Source of the DNA: Octopus sinensis
Taxonomy: Eukaryota
DNA length: 64,000 nt
Direction: 5' to 3'
Assembly (NCBI RefSeq): GCF_006345805.1
Contig: NC_043001.1
Location: 48,298,001-48,362,000 of the forward strand
Shown: piece by piece, positions 53,450 through 64,000 of the stretch
How the letters are laid out: every line of letters starts with the position of its first letter
How positions within the stretch are numbered: position 1 is the first letter of the stretch
Position numbers and translations under genes: made by a program
The notes under the pieces: model-generated
What the model was told of the DNA's origin: nothing
The model's input: the letters and a program-made list of their open reading frames with translations, nothing else
Database searches by the model: none

Positions 53450-53912
53450 TTTATGTACGATGAGCTACTTTCAGTTACCGTCTTCCAAATCACAAATATT
53501 TGGTGGCCCGATGCTATAGTACACTTACCCAAGACGCTTACCCAAGGTGACACGAACTGAGACTGAACCCGGATCCAAGTAGTTAGGAAGCGAACTTCTT
53601 ACCACACAGCCACGCCAACGGGTTCATTGACCACTCACCAGAGGACATTACCCTGTCAATCTTTTGATTATGAAGAGAACTTGTAGTAATGGCTTTATAA
53701 GTAAGAACAAAAACAGAGTCAAAATAATCCGTACGGTTGTCGGCGGCGTTACTAAAACCGTTATTATAATTAATAAATGTCTTACGGAAAACATGTGAAT
53801 ATTAGAGATTTAAGACCTATTTACTTTAGACAAACATACATACATCATATATATATATATACATACACATATATATGTATGTATGTATGTATATACATAT
53901 ATATATATATAA

Positions 53913-53943
<31 letters not shown>

Positions 53944-54428
53944 TTACACACACAGACACACACACACACATACATACACACACACACACACGCACATATA
54001 TATATGAGAGATTAGGATGGATATTCGTAAATCCTTTAATGCATTGCTGTGTACGCACTCAAAAGCGTTTCACATCACATAAATTAACTTATAAAGGGTG
54101 TGTGTGTGTGTGTGTGTTTATACAATTATATAAGAATATATTCTACAGAAATGTAAAATAATTGACATTTTAGGACGAATTTTGAGGGTTGGGAATTGAA
54201 GTGTCTCTTTTGTTTATTAGGTATTGTGTAGTTATCTCCTAATTTTAGATTGCAATATGATAAGCTTCGAAATGTGGTGTAATATAGCGGTGATCGTGAC
54301 TTCAAAAGAAGCTATACTTCCGGCTAATGTAAGAACAGTCCAGAAGTATGCCTATAAGAATCTATCTATGTATGTATGTACGTCATTATTCTGTTTTATT
54401 TCAAGATTTTTTGCCAACAGAGAAAGTG

Positions 54429-54464
<36 letters not shown>

Positions 54465-54661
54465 AGATCCAATACTCTCACATTCTAATTTCAACAACAT
54501 CAACAGGGTATCTTTGTATGTATGTATGTATGCATGTATGTATGTATGTATGTATGTATGTATTTATGTATGTATGTATGTATGTATGTATCTATCTATC
54601 TATCTATCTATGTATGTATGTATGTATGTATGTATGCATGTATGTATGAATGTATTTATAG

Positions 54662-55835
54662 TCTGGGGAAAACCAAAGTAATGTTTACTCCCTTGCCACG
54701 ACAAACATATTCTGAACAAAATATTTTTGTGAATGGAACAAAGTTAGAAGTCGTTGACACCTTTGTTTACCTAGAAAGCACACTGTCAAGAGATGGTAGT
54801 GTTGATGCAGAGATATATTATCGAATAGGGAACGGAAGTGTTGCATTTGGAAAGCTCGAAAAGCGAGTATGGGTGGATAGAGATATTTCCTCGCGGACAA
54901 AAATCAGTGTCTATAAAACGTGTGTATTGTCTGCACTTCCTTATTCAAGTGAGACATGGTCTACTTACAAGCGTCATGTAAAAATGCTGGAGAAATTTCA
55001 TCAAAAGTACCACAGACGTCAAGTGGGAATGTTTCATACCAGATACAGATGTTTTGCGCATAGTACGCTGTAGTTCAGTTGAACAACATGTTATCTTGGC
55101 TCAAATGAGATGGACTGCACATGTTATTAGAATGAAAGACGAGCGTTTGCCAAAGCGTTTGCCAAAGCGTTTGCCAAAGCGTCTTTTTTATGATGAACTC
55201 TAGTAAACGACCACAACATGAGCCGAGGAAAAGGTATAAAGTCTGTGTGAAAGAAAACCTGAAGAAACTAGATATGAACAAAAGTGATTGGGAAAATGAT
55301 GTTCTAGATCAGAACAAGTGAAGATGTGCTGTTAGGACTGGTTGCAAAGCCTGGGAAGGAAAGATGATTCAGCACTCTGAACTTAAAAGGGCCTGTCGCA
55401 AAGGGACAATTGGAACTGTAATCAACAGTGAACATTGGATATATTTATGTGATCGTGTTCTGTTGTCAAAAGTAGGATACGTGAACCATATGAAATCACA
55501 TGAAAATCGGAATGCCCAGATAGATAATGATCTTGGACACCACCCACTCTTATGATTTGTGTCCTGTTAAAAAACTTGTAAGACAATATCAGGACTTAAA
55601 AGACATATGCTAGTTCACAAAAACATTCCTTCAGAATCAGATTCCAAAGGGAAAAGTTATAGAAGAAACTTGAATAATATTTGCCACTTGTGTTTTAAAC
55701 CCTATCAGCCAGCAGCTGGTCTGAAAAGTCATCTAAGGGCTCCTCAACAGATTGATTGTGCTGTGTGATGGGGTGTGGTGTGTGTGTGTTGATGGGACGG
55801 CTATCATCTCTCAAGATGAAGCAATCATCATCAAG
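54662..55835 (+). mobile_element. RTE-clade LINE, 5'-truncated 3' part
   Basis: KTKVM...LEVVDTFVYLESTLS..AEIYYRIG..AFGKL..RVW..TKISVY...YSSETWSTY, QMRWTAHVIRM..ERLPK.LFY, and C-terminal C2H2-like fingers. Confidence 0.92.
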
Positions 55836-56145
55836 TATGTATGTATGTATGTATGTATGTATGTATGTATGTATGTATGTATGTATGTATGTATGTATGT
55901 ATGTATGTATGTATGTATGTGTGCATGTATGTATGTTCTGTATGTTTCTCATGCAAATAGTTGCAAATATATGTTCATATATACTTAAATGATAAGATTT
56001 TGGAAAGTTTTGCAGATATTTACAGTTCCAGTGATGGCTTAGATCTGTTGTCTTCGAATCAGCTTTCACCTATCTGGTTTTAAGAGACCTAATTTTTCAG
56101 TTTGGCATTTACGTAGTGTGTTATATATCCCAGTGCCCTAATAAT

Positions 56146-56177
<32 letters not shown>

Positions 56178-56554
56178 TGTATGTATGTATGTATGTATGT
56201 ATGTATGTATGTATAAATCGATGTACCCTCATGGCAAATTTAACAATTTTTCCGTAGACTGAAAGCGGTAGAAGATAGAGATTAAAGAAATCCCGATTGA
56301 TAAACGACTAAATGCTTGCATAAACAAACCACTCATTTCTTAACTATTGTATTTAATTGAATTTCAATTTTCCTATAGATGATTTAATATTAACTAGAAC
56401 TAATTATTTAGGTGTGCACTAATTTAATAGGATACGCCCCTTACCTTCATTACTCATCTGCTGAAATATCTCCACGTTGGGGTTTCACTTGCGTATTAAT
56501 TCATAATTCTGATATTCTGCAACATAAACTCTGGGAAATATCTTTAATCTTATA

Positions 56555-57270
56555 ATCTTCTACTTGTTTCAGCCATTAGAGTGCGGCCAAGCTGGTGGTG
56601 GCACCACCTTGAAGACGTATGGTTGAACGAATCGACCTCAGCGCTTATATTTTCTGATCGGTTTCTTTTACCGAACGACCAGGTTACGGGTAAGTAAACA
56701 CACTAACACCGGTTGTCAAGCTGTCGTGTATGTGTGTGTGTATGGGGGGGGGGGCGCAGACACAAAGCCACACACGCACACGTATTATACATATAACTCT
56801 CTTGGATTTTACTCATAAGGTATTGGAATCTTACATATATACCATTCTGCCTAAAAAAATCGATCTACAAATTCAATATCCCTACATGTCTCACATCTAT
56901 TTTCTTACTTCTACCTCACTCTCTATTCTGTATCCTATCTGAATTAACTATTACTTAACCATCCTCTCACACCGTCTCCGATGAAGGGATATAATTAATA
57001 AATATCCTGAAAACAGCTTTAAGACCTTCTATCTATAAATGTTCAAATATCTAATCAGCCTTGGCTTTTTTTTTATCTCATTACGCAAAAAAATTTATAT
57101 ATATATATATTTATATACAAGTTTCTTTCAGTTTCTGTCTATGAAATCCACTGACTAGGCTTTGGTCGGCCCGAGGCTATAATAGAAGGCACTAGACCAA
57201 AGTATCACGAAGTGGAATTGAACCCGGAACCATGCGGTTGAGAAGCAAACTTCTTACGACACGACCACGC
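56555..57270 (-). mobile_element. SINE family A split in two (3' half 56555-56780, head 57117-57270) by a ~330-bp insert
   Basis: The two halves are collinear with the family A order seen at 17999-18355; the insert sits in the internal microsatellite linker. Confidence 0.78.
56974..57025 (+). ncRNA. Degenerate minimal type-I hammerhead-like fold (core CCGAUGA)
   Basis: GUCU-CCGAUGA-A-GGGAUAU(aauuaauaa)AUAUCCU-GAAA-ACAGCUUU-A-AGAC. Stem I GUCU/AGAC and stem II pair; helix III looks like a damaged ACAGCUGU palindrome. Confidence 0.45.
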
Positions 57271-57918
57271 CTTGATGATATTCTCATCTGACGAGATAGC
57301 TGATGGTAACCTCATTCATTAATTATTGCATAGATTTACATAATCTTTATGTATACCAACCAATGAATACACTGATGAAATAGGTCCACTAGCAATTGAA
57401 ACGCTTGGAATCTTTAATAAATTATGTAATACCGTTATCTTTGTCTTTTTCTCTGAAGACCATCTGTTGTACAGCTCTCCCTAGCTTTTGTTATTACCTA
57501 TATATTTATTCTTCTGTCTTTAATTATTTGAATTCTCCCTCTAACGAAGGCGCCAGCTTCTAAGAAAGATAAGTATTTACAACGTTGGAATGTAAATAAC
57601 CAAATCAATATCATTTGTTGAATTTGAGAAAAGTCTTGCATATTTTTACTGTTCAGCTTACAGATTGTATTTGCATTGTGCATGTTAACTGGCTCGTTTC
57701 TTTTTCTGAAAACTTTAACTTTTCCATATTGTCATTCAGGCATTTTCTTACATAACATAATATAAAAATGAATTCATAGTCTGAGCTGGGAAGTTGAAGG
57801 TTTCGTAGTAGCAACACGTAGTTGTCCTCTTTGTCTTTGAGATTCGAAGAGATACTCATCAACAATGTAGCTGACCTCTATGACGCTATATTCTTTTTCT
57901 TATCAGTTCCAGACAAAT

Positions 57919-57950
<32 letters not shown>

Positions 57951-58449
57951 CACACACACACATGTTTTAATAACTTTCTGAGACTGCAGCTATTTCTCTA
58001 TTTTTTCGTTATTATATAACGTGACTTCTTAAGGTCGTTATTCATTCTCGGTTAATTCATATACAAAACAATGATGGTGTGAGCAGCTACTACATAATGT
58101 AACGCTAAACGCGCTATTAGTTATCGAACTATCAAGATTCCCCTTGAGATGAATTGTGTTAAATACGCCATATTTGCTTTCTGTGGTTTTACTGTGGCCC
58201 ATCTCTTTTGTTTCTTTAACATCACGTCCTATTAGCTACTATCTGTTGTGTCGCAGTACACTTGCAGTGAATAAATAGTTTATTTATATGAACTAAAATT
58301 TCACTGCCCAAGTTAATACTCTTGTATATGGCTCCAAGTACTCATTTAACCAAATTCCTCGCTCAAAGCATCTTCATAAGTTTATCTTAAATGACCATGC
58401 TTGTTTTCAGACTTTGTCCTTGTTTAATTATGTTCTGTGTGAAACAAGG

Positions 58450-58527
<78 letters not shown>

Positions 58528-58561
58528 GCTATCCATCCATCCAGCCATCCTTCTATCTATC

Positions 58562-60201
58562 TTGGAGGCAGTCCTGAGAGCGGCTGGTTTCGGTCCCGTC
58601 TTCCGCGGCTGGATAGCTGCCTTGTACAGAGGCATCCGTTCGGTAATTCGCGTAAATGGACATCTATCGGGACCTTTCGACATTGCACGTTCGGTCCGTC
58701 AGGGATGCCCCCTCTCGGCGCTTCTATACGTATTGACTCTTGAGCCACTACTGCGGAAGCTGGCGACTCTGAGGGGCATCCCGCGAGAATTGGGATGCGG
58801 GACGAGCGTGTCTGCATACGCGGACGACGTCACCGTCATAGTGTCAGGCCACGAGCACATCGAGCGGGTCGGCGAGACACTGAAAGACTACGAAGCAGTG
58901 ACAGGAGCAAAAACCAACCGGGAAAAGTCAGTGGGCTTGCGGCTCTGCACCTGGAGAAGCAAGCCCATGCCGTCCACCAGTACCTCCGTCGTGGGACGCT
59001 GGACAGACGGCCCGGTTGAGTTGCTCGGGGTCTGGTTCGGTCCGGACCTCCAAATGGAGAAGAAATGGAACGAGATAACGAGTAGGGTGGTCACTCTCAC
59101 CCAGCAATGGGCCGAGAGGAAACTGTCCCTAAAAGGTCGGGCGGAGGTGGCGAACACGTACATCGCGTCCATCATCTACTACCGCCTGACCGTCGTACCT
59201 TGTCCGGGTCTACCATCACCAAACTAGAACGCATTCTCTTCTGCTTCTTGTGGAAAGGATGCGTCCCGATGGTCAGGCGATCCATTTGCTGTCAACACCC
59301 GTTGAAAGGAGGGCTGGGCATGCCGTGGTTGATGATGCGCAGACACGCGCTGAGACTGCGACATCTCTGGCTCTATGTAGACGACGGTGAACAGGTGTGG
59401 TCGCCGTTTGTGAGGCACGCATTCCCGCAACTCGTCTCCATGACCGAACTGCAGTCGTGGATCAAAAAGAGGCCGAGGAAGGGCGAATGGCACCGCGAGT
59501 GTCGAGTTGCTCTCAAGCAACTCTGCCGTCCCGGGTCGACCTTGAGTGACTTCAACACAACCAAAGCATTCTATAGGGGATTAGTGGAGGGGAGGTACGA
59601 CGACGATCTCGGGGCAAACCTGGGCGTCGACGAGGAATACCTGACCCGCCTGTTTCAAACGACTTTCGGCCCGGGACCTATGGACAACTTCCAGAGATCC
59701 CTGGCCTGGCGGTGCTACCGAGAAGCGCTACCCGTTCGGGATAAGCTCTATAGGCATGGCTCGAGAAACACGGGGCCGACCTGCCCGAGATGCGGGCAGA
59801 GCGACGAAACCGCTCTGCACGCAATCGTGCAGTGTCCAGCAATTTCCGACCTGTGGGCTTATGTCGAACGACTGCTGTCACGTGTGGGACGTGTCGGTTT
59901 ATCAGCCGAGTCTATCGTTAATATCGTCACGCCTCTTTCCTTCAAACGGGAAAGAAGAGCTATTTTTATCATACTTGTGGCTATGGCGAAAGAATGTATA
60001 TGGTGGACGCGCCTGAAAGGATTAGAGACAAACACTTTCCTCTCTGGTCAATCTCTAATCAACTTCTTCAAATATCACTTGAAGAGGAAAGTGAGAGTAG
60101 AGAGGCAAGTTTTGTCTAGTGAATGTTTTAAAAAAAGATGGGTGAATGTAGCAAGGATGGCACGTATGAATGACGAAGCCACCTTGACTATGATTCTATG
60201 A
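58562..60201 (+). pseudogene. Tx1-type ORF2 (RT plus C-terminal zinc knuckle) with one frameshift near 59205
   Basis: ORFs 58562-59227 and 59107-60201 join at VVPCP/GSTITKLER with a 1-nt correction. Confidence 0.92.
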
Positions 60202-60587
60202 ACCGTAAAAATTAATACAGAGAGTTGCTTTTTTGCAAAAAAAAAAAAAAGAAATATAACATGTGACTTCATTGACCGAGGTTACCGTGGTCTTTTCCTT
60301 AGGCTTTTCCTTCCACGGGTAAACCTCACCTGTCCTCCCCTTTACACTTCATATTGACATTTCTGTGATTACGATCCCTATTGATCAACTTTTTTTTCCT
60401 CTCCCCTTTTCTTTTTTCCCTCTCCCCCCCCCCTTTTTTTAAATCCTCTCCTTTTTTTGTCCTTTCTTTCCTTTTACGGTCCCTTTTGATCGAAAACCAA
60501 CCCCCTTTTTTTTACCCCCAAAAGAAAAGCTCTACCTTGTAATTTGTTCTGTCTGTGTGCAGCCCTGTGTGGCTAATAAAGAAACAT
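58562..60587 (+). mobile_element. L1/Tx1-clade LINE, 5'-truncated, apparently young
   Basis: RT motifs VRQGCPLSALLY and SAYADDVTV; CCHC CPRCGQSDETALHAIVQC; stop at 60201; pyrimidine-rich 3' UTR; AATAAA at 60575-80. Confidence 0.95.
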
Positions 60588-61674
60588 ATCTATCTATACA
60601 TTTACCTCTCAAAAAGCCGTTAGAGCTTTAAACTTTTGAACTTTTGAAAATTTTAAGAAAAAAAAACAAAAAAACTTTCTGGGATTTTCAAACGAGAATT
60701 TCCAAAGGCCTCCCCACTGTCCACTGTTAATGTAATATATTAAAACCTTTCGCACTACCTTAACTTCTCGTCATCTTTTCATTTTACTTTTTAATTTTTT
60801 AGTTTTTCATATTACATTTTGTCATTTTTCTACATTTTCCATCGTTTTTTCTTCATTGTCCAATACTGTCGTCTTTCAGTCTTAGCTTTTGGTTCCTCAT
60901 TGCTAATTACTACCTTCTTAAGTATCACTTCCTTCTACCTGTTCATTCCTCCTAACTGAGCTTTACTTATATTAGCATAACACCCCCTCTCACCACCCTA
61001 CCACGGCGTTACACTGTTATCTATCCGTACTAGTTCTGAGTAATATACAGTTTTCCTGTCATAAGTCCCAAGTTACTCGGGTGCTCGAAAAAAGTGGGAA
61101 TGTGTTATATATATGATGCATGGACGCCTTGGAAATATGTCTTATATTCCACATGCAATACACGGGACAAGTAAACGATTAATTTTCCCAAATTTCCTAA
61201 TTTCCACATTAGAACAAAAAGATGACATTTTTATCTTCACTTCTCAGACAATTTATTTTCATTGAAATATAAAGTGATCGCTTCAATTCTTTGGAAGATC
61301 ATAGTCGATTTATATAGAAACAATTAATGTCTACACTGGCGATATATTGAGTGGCTAAAATATTTACTGTCTTTAGCTCAACAGCAGCTGGCGAAGTGAA
61401 CGATAGCTGAAACATTGTTTTCCCGCAAAGTAACTTGTCGTAAGTGTTCCGTACTCCATATTATACACTTTATGTAGTAAGTTCGTTATCATCGGTTTTA
61501 AAATCAATTATATACATTCGTAGCATCGAATATACGTTGAGCGATTGTACATTCACTCAAGGATTAAATATCTTACTTAGAAGAATAAAAATTCTGCAAC
61601 CTAGATTCGTATCTCTCTCTACTTACCATATATATATATATATATACATATACATGCATAAAGGAAAATTATGT

Positions 61675-61758
61675 AATGACCTGGTGTGCCAATAGAAAGC
61701 TTATGAAGTATTTTGCCGGGATTGATAAGCCCTCAATATTAGCTATATATTATATATA

Positions 61759-61796
<38 letters not shown>

Positions 61797-61864
61797 CTAA
61801 TATTGAGGGCTTATCAATCCCGGCAAAATACTTCATAAGCTTTCTATTGGCACACCAGGTCATT
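61675..61864. repeat. Perfect 70-bp inverted repeat around a 50-bp (TA)n spacer
   Basis: 61675-61744 is the exact reverse complement of 61795-61864. Confidence 0.95.
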
Positions 61865-62880
61865 AGCCAGCGAAAAATTACCGGAAATCTTCGAATTCCT
61901 CTTGCTACTGTTAATAGAATTATTGTGCAATTCAAAAGCCAAGGAAAAGAATCAACAGATTCTTGTCCCGGCCGACCTGGCCCATCGGCAAAGAAGCTTC
62001 GCTGTTTGAAGATAATTGTGGAAAACAAACCTCATTCGAAGGCTTCTGACATTGAAAAACAGCAAGAAATTAGTCCAAGAACGTGTGTTACATATGAGCA
62101 TAAGCTTGTGTATTATGGACGAACAACTAGAAGAAAACCTCTCCTTCAACCAATTAATATCATGAAAGAAATAAATGGGCTGAGGAGATGTCAGAAAAAT
62201 CCAGTACATTTGGGGATAGAGTGATTCTTTTCAGATGAATCTAGATTTGCATTATTTTCAAACACGTCAGTGGACGTGTTTGGGTCTGGAGGCTTCCCAA
62301 TCAAGAATATGATTTGAAACAACTCCAACCAACTGTGAAACATGGCGGTATCTCTGTAATGGTATGGGGAGATATCACCAGTTCTGAGCTGATCGAATGT
62401 GTTGGAACCATAAACTCTGAAAAATACATCGAAATACTTAAGCAAGGACTAAGAAAAATGAGTTTTTATTTATGGAAGATGGGGTTCCATGCCACACAGC
62501 GAAAAGGAATCAACAATGGCTAACTGAAAATGGGACCAAAAAGCTACCTTGGCCGAGCCAATGTCCTGACATGAACGCAATTGAAAATCTTTGGAGCATA
62601 ATAGATAGAGCTATACGAAAACTCGACAGAAACCTAAATCTAAAGATGAATTGTTTCGATTGTTGCGTGAAAAGTGGGCAGAAATTCCACAACAGACAAT
62701 CACAAAGCTCATCAGTTCAATGCCAAAAAGAGTTTCTGAATTAAAAACTGCAAAGGGAATCTCAACTAAATACTAAAGTATGTAGTCCTACCTATCGATT
62801 ACATTTCAATTGTTCGCTTTGCGTAATAAATAAAAGATTTTGAAAATTAAAGACGTCTATTTACTTCCTGCACGTCTGTG
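61795..62880 (+). mobile_element. Tc1-family (DD34E-type) transposon relic; left TIR not found
   Basis: SQRKI...[80 protein letters not shown]-like end ..CTGCACGTCTGTG|TA at 62880. Confidence 0.92.
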
Positions 62881-62919
<39 letters not shown>

Positions 62920-63203
62920 AGAATGTTGAAAAGGAACACACGAGTTGATATATATGGAAAAAAGTCAAGATAGAAAATGCTAAAATAATTTTATAAAAAA
63001 CATTTCAGTACCGGTTTCAGACATTGAGACTTTTTCAACTGTAAGTATGGAAAACAATTAAATTTGGAAAAATTAAAAGAACAGTTTTTTTTAAAGGAAT
63101 ATTTTGTATAGCGTTCAAATACAAGTGGCATTTCCTCCTTGTTTCCTGCCTATATATATACAACTATATATATATTATATATATATATATATATGTCTCG
63201 AAT

Positions 63204-63245
<42 letters not shown>

Positions 63246-63598
63246 GCCGCTTTTCAACATGTGTCTTATCACCCGAAAGGTAATTATTTTTCCACGCTTG
63301 CTGATATTGTTTTGTGTCTCTCTTTTGTCTCAAAGCCGTAGGGCGCCTGTGTCATCCATGTTTTTAACCGTTACTGTCTCCAAAAAAAGATTTTTCGTTT
63401 CATGTTCGTCTCTGTTGCGTTGCATGCATTCTTTCCTTCTGTGGCTGGCTGATTCAGAGCGGATTTCAGAATTAAACAGCCGAAATCTGCGATGAGGGAT
63501 CAGTTTCTGACTGAAGAATAAGGCTTTGAATGACCCGTTTGTCTTTTTGTTCGTCCCTTCGTTACCGTTACGTTATTTATGTTATTTATTATGTAATT

Positions 63599-63660
<62 letters not shown>

Positions 63661-63946
63661 AGAGAGGAGAGAGAGATGGCTGTGTTTATATATATATATA
63701 TACACACACCATGTATGAATGTATGTATGTATCAGATGTTCAAGTAGGTGTATCTGAGCCCACATGTGAGTGCATTTTTCTTATATATCCTGTAATCTAG
63801 CTGTTGAATAAATATAATGGGTAAAAGTAAATTTCAAACTCAATTGGGTAATGCAATTATGTAAATCTTTGAAAGCTGTTGCTCCGACATGGCCACATTG
63901 CACTGACGAAAAACATTGAAATACATACATACATACATGAATGCGT

Positions 63947-63980
<34 letters not shown>

Positions 63981-64000
63981 ATTGATAGATTGTAGATAAA

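Noticed and set aside
57653-58019. Opposing short ORFs in unique sequence
   Set aside because: No recognisable domain, and lengths are compatible with chance.
61060-61400. Possible left TIR of the Tc1 element
   Set aside because: No match to the right-end sequence CACAGACGTGCAGGAAGTAAATAGAC was found.

Overview
Repeat-dominated metazoan genomic DNA. It is AT-rich, packed with (TA)n, (CA)n, (TATC)n, (CATA)n and triplet microsatellites, and has no prokaryotic features. The SINE sequences resemble octopus/cephalopod tRNA-derived SINEs; this is recognition from memory, not a database result. I could not identify any host protein-coding gene, so the window looks intronic or intergenic, and most short ORFs in the track are microsatellite or antisense artefacts. 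Retroelement content: a CR1-group LINE 3' end, three RTE pieces (one ending in three C2H2-like fingers), three R4/Dong-clade pieces, two L1/Tx1 pieces, a decayed Penelope-like RT/GIY-YIG element, and dozens of tRNA-derived SINEs in about four families. DNA transposon content: about ten Tc1/mariner relics (one nearly intact with TIRs and TA TSDs), a Helitron PIF1-helicase remnant, a complete non-autonomous Helitron and a long-TIR MITE. The most interesting signal is a set of short non-coding dispersed elements carrying minimal type-I hammerhead-ribozyme folds with palindromic helix III and non-canonical cores (CCGATGA, TTGAAAA). These are candidate non-autonomous Penelope or retrozyme-like elements. 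Perfect foldback inversions centred on microsatellites also stand out. Element boundaries are approximate unless a TIR, TSD or terminus is quoted.
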